64,000 nt of DNA from a virus. Position numbers and translations under genes: made by a program. Shown one piece after another: positions 9,160 through 17,320 of the stretch. The stretch spans positions 64,001 to 128,000 of IMG/VR virus record IMGVR_UViG_3300025168_000034; one strand, given 5' to 3'. The stretch's first letter is position 1. Each line of letters starts with the position of its first letter. The notes beneath the pieces were generated by a model. That model did no database searches and was not told the origin of the DNA. It saw only the letters and a list, made by a program, of their open reading frames with translations.

Positions 9160-9924
9160 TTATGAATTAAATAAATCTCCGAATGCTGTTGAGATGTCTT
9201 CTGTTGTGTTTGCCGTCTTAGCTCCAGTAATTGGTGCCTTCGTAGTAGTAGCTTCGCCACCTTCACCAGGCTTCAACCAATCCTCTAATGCAACTTTCAT
9301 ATCGTCATACGATAGCTCAGTAAACATCTTTGTTAATTCTGGTTGCTTGTTAACAATCATTTCTGCAACATTCTTATCTTCTGTTGCTGGTGTTGTGTTA
9401 GGCTTAACTCTAACATTGTAAGATGGATAGCCACCCTCCTTGTCTGGAGCGATGTGTTCGATTGTTACGTCACGACCGTTTGTTAAGTCAGTGATATCTC
9501 CATAATCTGGATCTGTGATTACTCCTAATAACTCAGAGTATATCTTCTTACCAAAAGCATAGAACTTAACTCCTTCAGATTCTTGTCCTCTAACAATTAC
9601 GGGAGTGTAACATCTGAACTTTGGTTCCATCTTTCTTCCCATCTTCCAATCTTCTTTGTCTCCAGTGCTTTTAAGCTTCTCTGCAAATTCAAGTACAGGA
9701 TCAGGTCTTCCAAATGAGCTCGGAGAGATCATTGTTTTCTTTCCTATATCGTAATGAAAATAAAGTTCTTGAAAAGGGTTTGATTTGTCGAACGAATAAG
9801 GTACTATTCTTACTTGTGATTTTCCGACTGGTGGTTTCCAGAATACATCTGAGTTTCTGCTTCCACCGCTTGTTGTTTGAAGCTCTTGCAGCTTCGCTTT
9901 AATTGCATCTAAATCTAGTGCCAT
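9160..9924 (-). CDS. gp32: Single-stranded DNA-binding protein (T4 gp32-like)
   Basis: FWKP..G...VRIVP, FGKKIY, DITDLTNGRD, acidic C-terminus ending FGDLFNS. Adjacent to RecA. Confidence 0.8.
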   Translation of the reverse strand: MALDLDAIKAKLQELQTTSGGSRNSDVFWKPPVGKSQVRIVPYSFDKSNPFQELYFHYDIGKKTMISPSSFGRPDPVLEFAEKLKSTGDKEDWKMGRKMEPKFRCYTPVIVRGQESEGVKFYAFGKKIYSELLGVITDPDYGDITDLTNGRDVTIEHIAPDKEGGYPSYNVRVKPNTTPATEDKNVAEMIVNKQPELTKMFTELSYDDMKVALEDWLKPGEGGEATTTKAPITGAKTANTTEDISTAFGDLFNS

Positions 9925-10061
9925 TTTTTGTTTTGTTTTTATTGGTTTATATTTATATTTAACTGTCCTATTAAGTATCGGGTATCTTGTTGAGCTATTT
10001 CTTTTTATTTCTTTGTACTATATTTATGCTCTTATTGTACCGCTGACTTAATACATTAGAC

Positions 10062-10092
10062 TAACTATACTGCTTTTCTACCGTATTTGCAA
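10062..10092 (-). promoter_or_regulatory. Bacteroidota-type promoter TTG-N20-TATAGTTA
   Basis: Placed to drive the gp32-recA-exonuclease operon through a leader of about 130 nt. Confidence 0.65.
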
Positions 10093-10100
10093 CTTTTATT

Positions 10101-10475
10101 TCATTGTAAATGTTTTATTTCTACACTCCTAAAAGATCCATCTCGATTAGTAAGTAGTAGGCGATTAGTAAATTGGGTCCAATCAACACGATATGTTTTA
10201 TCTAACACACCATTGTTTTGCTCGCGTATTAATGCATTAAGGGCATTAATGCTATACAATGTTTCTGTATCTTTTTTGCGATTGATTGTAATTGTGTCTG
10301 ACATTCTGCTTTGCGTATTGAATGTATTGTATATGCAAACAACTGAAGAGTCTTCAGTATATTGATAGCATCTCATGTTTGAAACATTTTCAACTTGATA
10401 AGTTTTGTGAATGCGTGTAATGCAAGAGGGTAGCTCCGACACGGTCGTAAAGGTGCAAAGTAACTGAGATCTCAT
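10101..10475 (-). CDS. Hypothetical phage protein (124 aa)
   Basis: Tightly packed ORF between neighbours. LLCTFT and RKKDTETLYSINALN segments. Confidence 0.7.
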   Translation of the reverse strand: MRSQLLCTFTTVSELPSCITRIHKTYQVENVSNMRCYQYTEDSSVVCIYNTFNTQSRMSDTITINRKKDTETLYSINALNALIREQNNGVLDKTYRVDWTQFTNRLLLTNRDGSFRSVEIKHLQ

Positions 10476-10478
10476 TTA

Positions 10479-10739
10479 TTATCCTGAAGTTTCGTCGGGC
10501 TTCTCAGATGCTGCTTTACCTTGTGCTGTTTTTAAGACTGCTATTTGGTCCTGCAGAGCTTTGATTTGCTCCTCTTTTGTTTTAATTCTTTGGTCCATCT
10601 CCTTCTTCTCTGCGTCAATCTCTCCTTGAGTCTTTTCTGCTAAAATTTTTTTTGAATACTTAATATTGTTTTGCTGGAAATAGCTCTCCAATCTACGGCG
10701 AACTTTCTCCTTCAATACCTTTCTCTTATGATCCTTCAT
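10479..10739 (-). CDS. Coiled-coil hypothetical protein (86 aa)
   Basis: Start moved to ATG 10739, 3 nt after the TATTTATA motif. Contains LKE and LAE motifs. Confidence 0.6.
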   Translation of the reverse strand: MKDHKRKVLKEKVRRRLESYFQQNNIKYSKKILAEKTQGEIDAEKKEMDQRIKTKEEQIKALQDQIAVLKTAQGKAASEKPDETSG

Positions 10740-10742
10740 ACT

Positions 10743-10750
10743 TATAAATA
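10743..10750 (-). promoter_or_regulatory. Putative late promoter motif TATTTATA
   Basis: Lies in the 14-nt gap between the polymerase stop and ATG 10739. Confidence 0.6.
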
Positions 10751-10753
10751 GGA

Positions 10754-12079
10754 CTAAGTTGTGCAAAAATCTAAATTTGCGTAATTATTTCCTTGCTTTA
10801 CTTTGATAGGAAATTTATACAAATCTATTGATGCTGGTATGATTTTATTCATTAATAAATTCTTATGACGGTTGTGTACATCAAATAATACACTATCATA
10901 TGTGTAGAGTATTGGTTTACCTTTGATTCCAGATTGTACAAAATGCTCAGCCATTGTACTTAACATCTCTACATTATATTCAGTCTCCATCATCTGAATG
11001 TAGTAGTTGAAAAAGGTGTAAGGAGTAACATCTTTGTAGTTTTCCCAATACATCACTCTGTGTGATATCGGACTCTCTACACGATAGTTTTCTCTCTTTT
11101 CCCACAGATCCTTTACAAAGGCATCTGTTTTTGCAAAGAATGGTATATGTAAATAATCCTTACGTATTCCTCCATACAGTTGTCTGAATGTATCTTCTTT
11201 AGCTTTAGATATTTGATCTTGTGTAGGATTGTCTGTGTTGTGATAGTGCTTAGCTAAATGCTCGTAAACATTGTCTTCACCAAAATCGTAATCAATTAGT
11301 GTTGCAATAATTCTAGGATGGTATGAGTTAAAATCTAATTCTACTAAACACCCATCATCACCATACCTACTAACAAAGCATTCACGTGTCTCATCTTTAG
11401 GCAATGCTGCATAGTTTACTCCTCCAAAGCGATTACTAGGTCTTCCGGTAGTTGTGTAGTAGTTGTATTGCGTGTAGCATTTGTCACCAACTCGGCTAAA
11501 GGTTTTTCCAAATCGTTCTTTATACCTTTCCTTATCTACACGTAATCCACTCGACTCAATCCAATTAAACACTCCTCGAAGTTTGTTTGCATAAAAATCA
11601 TAACCGCTAGGAACATTAATATCTATGAATTGATTACATATACGATCTACTCGCTCTTGTAGTTTGAGTAATGATATAAGTGAGTTTGTTTTCTTACATC
11701 CTGACATGCTACGATTATATCGTGTAACCATCACACCTGATTCTTTTTCTAGCTTTTGTCTAGTTCTAAGATAGTGTATCATATCAAGGTCCATGAATGT
11801 TGGTTCTGATCCTAATTGAAACTCATAATTTTTAAAAAGATGAATATCTGTACAGAATAGTAGGTTAGAAAACTTACTCAACAAGGATAGTGACATATTA
11901 TAAACAGCCTCTGGATGATCTACTCCTACAATATAGGATGGACCTAAGTGGCCTTCTTTAATTGCTAATGCAATAATCTTATTCTGTGTAGAATGTACTC
12001 GATCGTCTTCTGGGATTGGCACTATGAATAGTGCTTTGTCTTGCAATTCTAGTAACTGCTGTTCGCTATCTATAACCAT
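10754..12079 (-). CDS. Compact family A DNA polymerase-like protein (441 aa)
   Basis: TTTGRPSN, motif A ELDFNSYHPR, motif B KEDTFRQLYG, NYYIQ, motif C LYTYDSVLFD. Confidence 0.8.
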   Translation of the reverse strand: MVIDSEQQLLELQDKALFIVPIPEDDRVHSTQNKIIALAIKEGHLGPSYIVGVDHPEAVYNMSLSLLSKFSNLLFCTDIHLFKNYEFQLGSEPTFMDLDMIHYLRTRQKLEKESGVMVTRYNRSMSGCKKTNSLISLLKLQERVDRICNQFIDINVPSGYDFYANKLRGVFNWIESSGLRVDKERYKERFGKTFSRVGDKCYTQYNYYTTTGRPSNRFGGVNYAALPKDETRECFVSRYGDDGCLVELDFNSYHPRIIATLIDYDFGEDNVYEHLAKHYHNTDNPTQDQISKAKEDTFRQLYGGIRKDYLHIPFFAKTDAFVKDLWEKRENYRVESPISHRVMYWENYKDVTPYTFFNYYIQMMETEYNVEMLSTMAEHFVQSGIKGKPILYTYDSVLFDVHNRHKNLLMNKIIPASIDLYKFPIKVKQGNNYANLDFCTT

Positions 12080-12083
12080 AATG

Positions 12084-12114
12084 TAACTATACGCTTTTTT
12101 TATCTAGGAGGCAA
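12084..12114 (-). promoter_or_regulatory. Bacteroidota-type promoter TTG-N20-TATAGTTA
   Basis: 4 nt upstream of the polymerase ATG. Confidence 0.65.
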
Positions 12115-12858
12115 TGGTTCGGGTGGAATAATTTTACCAGATTGCAAATCAAAAGTTCTTTTTAGGGTTGGTTTATTCCCACTTGTTAGCTTGTTGTTAG
12201 TTAATAATGCTTCTGGATTACCGAATTCTGTTTGAGCGGTAGGCACTGCAAATTGTATATAATTGCTAATAAGAGATGGCAAGTCGGCAACTGTTTGAGA
12301 TGCTATGCTTACGCGTTCTTTGTTAGTTTTTTCTATAAACTCAATGGTTCCAGTCAACTGCCACAACACATCTACATAATCGTAAATATTAGAATCAATT
12401 CCAAAATCACTACCAAACTTATCCCTTTGTGCTGAATCAATCTCTACTGCAAAATTGCCTGACCCTCGTCGTTGTACAAAAAACCTTGTGTCAAACCCTA
12501 ACTCATACATTCCATCAGAAGGTCTGACAAGGTATGTATATGGTATAGGGTCTACGTGATCTTTAAGAGGTGTTACGAATTTGTGTAATCTATCATAAAC
12601 AAAATTATCCATGTCGTCATAATATGGTAACAGTTGAATACCGTTGTCTATACGTCCTTGTGGTTTAGTAGGACCAGTATATGTTTTTCCATCGTTACGT
12701 CTATGATACTCTCCTATATATTCTTCACCCATTCTTGTAGTAAACTCCCCACCTTTAGTGTACTTATAAGATTGCTCACTCCTTATAATCTGTCCAGGTG
12801 TAGGTCTATTAAATCCTTTTGATTTTTTTCTATTACGTTTACTTCCTCTCTGTCCCAT
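12100..12858 (-). CDS. Hypothetical protein, probably baseplate-associated (252 aa)
   Basis: Last gene of the tail/baseplate block. Late motif 3 nt upstream. Confidence 0.6.
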   Translation of the reverse strand: MGQRGSKRNRKKSKGFNRPTPGQIIRSEQSYKYTKGGEFTTRMGEEYIGEYHRRNDGKTYTGPTKPQGRIDNGIQLLPYYDDMDNFVYDRLHKFVTPLKDHVDPIPYTYLVRPSDGMYELGFDTRFFVQRRGSGNFAVEIDSAQRDKFGSDFGIDSNIYDYVDVLWQLTGTIEFIEKTNKERVSIASQTVADLPSLISNYIQFAVPTAQTEFGNPEALLTNNKLTSGNKPTLKRTFDLQSGKIIPPEPLPPR

Positions 12859-12861
12859 GCT

Positions 12862-12869
12862 TATAAATA
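12862..12869 (-). promoter_or_regulatory. Putative late promoter motif TATTTATA
   Basis: Fills the 11-nt intergenic gap, 3 nt from the ATG. Confidence 0.65.
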
Positions 12870-14879
12870 TTACTGAGCTATACCGGGTTTTGGTGAAGTA
12901 CCAAATGGGTTAGTTCTACACACTGTTGATACTTTTGTTACCCAATCATTTACCGATACTTCATGTTCTACTTTGGTCACTTGCCATCTAAATGCATCAC
13001 GTACGCCTTTTGGTATTCTGTTAGCTGAAACCATTTGACCAAATTCAAATCCTCCAATACCATCTACTTCAAAACTAAAATCAAATGGTAGGGGAGTGCC
13101 GGCACACTTTTCTATATCAATGTCACCAACTACACCATCTACCCAAGTCTGCAACGCTCCTACTGTTTGTGCATTTACTTCATCTGACATATCATCAAAC
13201 AAGTCAGACTTGCTTGGTTCATCTGCTGCGTTGGAGCTGTCTTTACAACCTCCACAATCTGTTCCTAATGTACTCGGTTTTGGTTTAGCTTTGTTTACTG
13301 AGTCATTTGCTAAAAAAAGAGCATCGGCTGCAATGGGTTCACATCCACCGTCGCCAAATTTGCTAGTTCTTGTTTTTTGACTATTACCAGCATAAAGCGC
13401 TTGTGTTTTCATAGCACCAGTCATTTTCATGTTTAATGCAAAACTTCTCAAGGATGAGTCACCTATTGTGCTTGGAAGTAGGAATGGTTGTTGAGATTTC
13501 ATGGCTTGTCTTTCATCAAGTATTTGGATTACTGGTCCATCTTTATCATTGCAAGCTTCTTGTGATGCAATTGTTACAAATGTCCATGGACTTCCAGACA
13601 CTCTGTTTATTCCTCTCAACACATTATCTACTAAAGTTTTTAACTTTCCATCTCCTTCATATACAGATTTATATTCTTTCAAAAGGAATATTGTATTGCA
13701 CATAATTTTAGATAAACGTACTTTACTACCTTCAACACAATTTGGTATTCGATCTCCTCCCTCGTGATCAAAATCTAAATCACTTGTTACTGACAAATCT
13801 CCTCCTCCAAGAATACACACACGTGGATCAGCTGATAGTAACCATAAAGGTTTAGGAAGTAGTATGTCGTTACAATCTATTCGACCAAGCGGATACTTTG
13901 AACCTTTACTTGGTATGGACATTGCATTTAGCATATCTATAAACATTCCAAAACTCATCCAACTCTCTGTTGTTTCTTCTCCAAAAAATATACCATCCCA
14001 CCAACTTCCGTCTTTTTCGCCTCCATCTTCCGTTCGCTCAACACCCTCAAACTCATATGTAGAAACATAATGGTATTTCGTTGTCTTTGATTTGCTTCCA
14101 ACTTTTCTCTTAATCCTTCGACCATGCGATTGACCATTCTCATATATATCAGCAAGAGCTGCATATACTGGACCAAAATCTTTTACTGTTTCTCCTTGAT
14201 CTGTTTCTACTTCTCGAGGACATTGACAACTTGAATTGCTAACCTTACTGTCTGTGAATGGATCTGCTGCTGAAATGATCTCGATTTCACAATCCCAAAA
14301 GTTGTCTTTATTTAGGCTGTACTTGAAGTTACCTACAATTCCTTGAAACCCATCGTAGCTAGCGTATTGCTTTCGTCTTTGATTAATAGTGCAGGTGATT
14401 AGTTGAGCATCATCGCTTGGACTAATAAGTCGTGGAGGTGGTGGGTTGCCACCACAATCCTGACTCCATCCCCACTGCACTCTAACATCCATACCTGGAA
14501 TAAAAAAGCATTTTTGAAGTTCGAGTAAATCATCATCAGTATAGCATGCCATGTTAACGGTCGCCTTACGTGTTGTACCTAACGAACCTAAGGCTTTTAC
14601 TGATAATCCAGTTAGTGTTGGGTGTGGTAGTTTTGTAGATTTATTGTATGCTGAGAGTGATGGATTAGATCCAAATAGAGTTAATGCTTTTCCAGCTACA
14701 TCTGGATCGTTACCTAATTCATTGTACTTCTCACTACATCCTCCTCCAGCACAACTCAGTACATGGATCCATGGAAAGCGTTTTGCTGTCCACTTCATTA
14801 ATTTTGTACCGTCAGCCCGGTTTTGAAACTCCGTGTCAACAGAGCCTGGTACTTGTCTTGCTCTAAATGGATCTGCCAT
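12870..14879 (-). CDS. Putative baseplate hub protein (669 aa)
   Basis: Follows the LysM gene and tape measure. C-terminal FEVDGIGGFEFG...WQVTKVEHEVSVNDWVTKV resembles contractile-tail hub proteins. Confidence 0.5.
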   Translation of the reverse strand: MADPFRARQVPGSVDTEFQNRADGTKLMKWTAKRFPWIHVLSCAGGGCSEKYNELGNDPDVAGKALTLFGSNPSLSAYNKSTKLPHPTLTGLSVKALGSLGTTRKATVNMACYTDDDLLELQKCFFIPGMDVRVQWGWSQDCGGNPPPPRLISPSDDAQLITCTINQRRKQYASYDGFQGIVGNFKYSLNKDNFWDCEIEIISAADPFTDSKVSNSSCQCPREVETDQGETVKDFGPVYAALADIYENGQSHGRRIKRKVGSKSKTTKYHYVSTYEFEGVERTEDGGEKDGSWWDGIFFGEETTESWMSFGMFIDMLNAMSIPSKGSKYPLGRIDCNDILLPKPLWLLSADPRVCILGGGDLSVTSDLDFDHEGGDRIPNCVEGSKVRLSKIMCNTIFLLKEYKSVYEGDGKLKTLVDNVLRGINRVSGSPWTFVTIASQEACNDKDGPVIQILDERQAMKSQQPFLLPSTIGDSSLRSFALNMKMTGAMKTQALYAGNSQKTRTSKFGDGGCEPIAADALFLANDSVNKAKPKPSTLGTDCGGCKDSSNAADEPSKSDLFDDMSDEVNAQTVGALQTWVDGVVGDIDIEKCAGTPLPFDFSFEVDGIGGFEFGQMVSANRIPKGVRDAFRWQVTKVEHEVSVNDWVTKVSTVCRTNPFGTSPKPGIAQ

Positions 14880-14882
14880 AAC

Positions 14883-15197
14883 TTATACTTCTTGTTTGTT
14901 TAAATCTTCATAATCTCTCAAAATTGGATCTAACTGACTTGGGATTCGTAGTTGTAATCCAATAGGTAGTTGTTGTGTTTTTTTAGACACTTTCTCATTA
15001 GCTTCTCCTATAATCCAGTAATAGTTTACATCGCCGTAGTATTTTTCAGCTAATGCATACAGAGTATCTCCAACCGTTGTAATGACATACAAATCACTGT
15101 CGTGTCGTGCTATGGGTGGATACACAACCGATCTTACAATTCTTGTATTGTATGAATCTTTTCTTTGCGGTATGTCTTGATATCTCTTATATGCCAT
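14883..15197 (-). CDS. LysM-domain baseplate protein (gp53/gpX-like)
   Basis: VGDTLYALAEKYYGDVNYYWIIGEAN...GLQLRIP. Confidence 0.8.
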   Translation of the reverse strand: MAYKRYQDIPQRKDSYNTRIVRSVVYPPIARHDSDLYVITTVGDTLYALAEKYYGDVNYYWIIGEANEKVSKKTQQLPIGLQLRIPSQLDPILRDYEDLNKQEV

Positions 15198-15201
15198 CTG
15201 T

Positions 15202-17319
15202 CTAATATGCTTTACCGAAGTAGTTTCCTTTCGCTCCGTTTAATAACTTGTCATTACTATCTGCCAACACTGCAGCATCAAAACTAACCTTTAACATGTG
15301 AGGCATTTGCTCATCAACATCAAACGTAGATTCAGCTGGATCAAAATCCCACTTCATAGAAGAAAATGCACAATAAGCATCTATAAGATTTCCAATTTTT
15401 AATTTACATAAAGGTCCAGTAATATATCTGGAGCCACCACTAAATCCACCTACTACAGTCATTCCTGCAAGAAGGTTTAGTTTTTTCATATTTATATCAA
15501 TATCACCTTTACTAAACGAAGGTAGTAATACTGCAAATGAGACAGCCCTTGTAACTCCAGTAAATTGTTTTAATGTATCTTGTCTTCCAACATACTTAAC
15601 ATCATTCCAATTAGCAGTAATTCCATCCGAGAATGATGTTAGATAAGATTTTAATTTTAGAAACTTACCATCGTGTGTAAATTTAATGTCTACGAAATCT
15701 TTAAAGTTTCCTCTCTGAGCGCCTGGACTAACTCCTCCTACTGCTTTAAGGTTTGATTTATAAGTTTGTTTTTGGCCAAACTCAATATCACCTTCTATTT
15801 TTTTCTGAAAAGCTTCTCCTGCTAAACTTCCATAAAAAAGTGAATCATAATATCCTAAACTCCCTACATATCCAGTATTGTTGAGAGATGGCAAGTCGCC
15901 AGGATTAGTATTTCTTAATATACCATTACCGGTTGGATTACCATTGTTGTATTGATCTCCACCAACATCTCCAGTCTCTGAGGAAGATTCTAGATTTTTA
16001 TCACCCGGTGTTGAGGTTGGGGGTACTACAATGGTCGATGTTTGTGATTGTTTATCACCCGTATAATACTCTACAAACTCTATAGGTGATGTACCGTGAA
16101 ACTGAATTGGATCATTGACTGCCTTAGTACGATTTTCTAAAAATTGTTGTACGGCTAGTTCTGCAGTTCCGTGCTTTATTAGTGGGTTTTGTATAGCTTG
16201 TAAAGCGTCGGCATCAAATCGTGTTATTTCAATAGTTGCTGATCCATGTTTAATTTTTGGTGTTGCAAATGCAAGTAGTCTATCTGTTTGGTATGATAAA
16301 ATATTAAGCGTAGGTACTGGTACGTTTTCTAAGGTTATTGTTTTAAACTCATCTCTCTGTAATACACTACCCTGAATCAAACCGTTTTCTTCAAACATTC
16401 CTTGTAGTATAGCTATGTTAAGGTCATTTGAAGGTTGATTCTCTTCTGCCGTGATTCCTTGTTCGTTGACTGGACTCCATATAGGTAGCTCAATTGAACC
16501 TTGATTTACAACTACAATAGGTGTTGTTGTTTGTGTAAAGGAGAGGTATTGATTGTTTGTTAAGAAAGTTCCTTGCAACTGTAACATGCTAGTATCCTCA
16601 ATTCGATCTACTAGATTAGTTAGAGATTCAAATGAACCATTATTAAAAATTGTTCCTTGACTAAGAAGTGTACTTCCTTCGCCAATCATTGTTGTTAGTG
16701 ATGTATTAGGATCTTGTATTGCTAAAATAGCACCGGTACCAATTGGCTCTTGAGTTGTTGTTGTGTTTTGAGTAGCACCAATTGCTGCTGTTAATAATGG
16801 TGAAATTTGTAAGTATCCAGTATATAAATCTGATAAAAAATATTGAGCTAGATGTGTTGTTTTTGCTCCATTAGGTTGTGCTAATCTATCTGCAAGACTG
16901 ATGTTTGAAGCAAATTGTGTTCTTGATCTTGGCACATCAAAAGACTCTAATGACCTATATTTTATTGGTAACGGTATTGGTAGGTTTGCTTGCGGTGAGT
17001 CTAACAGTGTTTTTAATATTAGACTTTCTTTTTGTGGTAGCGGTGGTAATTTTTTTAATGAAGCTCCTTCCTTAGATGTATTTAGTTGTGACTTAGGTAA
17101 AACTATTTCATCACTATTCTTGTTTTGAGACGTTGGAATAGTATTAATTTCTGGAGATCCTTGTGGTTTGTTTTCTTTTGGAATAGTATTGACTTCAGGA
17201 GATCCTTGTGGATCTTTTTGTTTTGCAGTACTTTTAAAATCCTTATCATAGATAGACCCCTTCAACTTATCTACTAAGCTGATTGTTTTAAAAGGCTGAA
17301 TTGTTTTTCTTTCTTCCAT
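15202..17319 (-). CDS. Putative baseplate / tail-tube initiator protein with a long low-complexity N-terminal region
   Basis: Sits between the tape measure and LysM genes. C-terminal YLTSFSDGITANWNDVKYVGR..FTGVTRAVSF is a tube-initiator-like segment. Confidence 0.5.
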   Translation of the reverse strand: MEERKTIQPFKTISLVDKLKGSIYDKDFKSTAKQKDPQGSPEVNTIPKENKPQGSPEINTIPTSQNKNSDEIVLPKSQLNTSKEGASLKKLPPLPQKESLILKTLLDSPQANLPIPLPIKYRSLESFDVPRSRTQFASNISLADRLAQPNGAKTTHLAQYFLSDLYTGYLQISPLLTAAIGATQNTTTTQEPIGTGAILAIQDPNTSLTTMIGEGSTLLSQGTIFNNGSFESLTNLVDRIEDTSMLQLQGTFLTNNQYLSFTQTTTPIVVVNQGSIELPIWSPVNEQGITAEENQPSNDLNIAILQGMFEENGLIQGSVLQRDEFKTITLENVPVPTLNILSYQTDRLLAFATPKIKHGSATIEITRFDADALQAIQNPLIKHGTAELAVQQFLENRTKAVNDPIQFHGTSPIEFVEYYTGDKQSQTSTIVVPPTSTPGDKNLESSSETGDVGGDQYNNGNPTGNGILRNTNPGDLPSLNNTGYVGSLGYYDSLFYGSLAGEAFQKKIEGDIEFGQKQTYKSNLKAVGGVSPGAQRGNFKDFVDIKFTHDGKFLKLKSYLTSFSDGITANWNDVKYVGRQDTLKQFTGVTRAVSFAVLLPSFSKGDIDINMKKLNLLAGMTVVGGFSGGSRYITGPLCKLKIGNLIDAYCAFSSMKWDFDPAESTFDVDEQMPHMLKVSFDAAVLADSNDKLLNGAKGNYFGKAY
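17133..17211. repeat. Intragenic 45-bp-period duplication (PQGSPE[V/I]NTIP x2)
   Basis: 17133-17166 versus 17178-17211. Confidence 0.8.
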
Positions 17320-17320
17320 A

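Noticed and set aside
9950-9957. Canonical T4 late promoter TATAAATA on the coding strand before gp32
   Set aside because: A single occurrence inside an A/T-rich tract. Structural genes use the opposite orientation.
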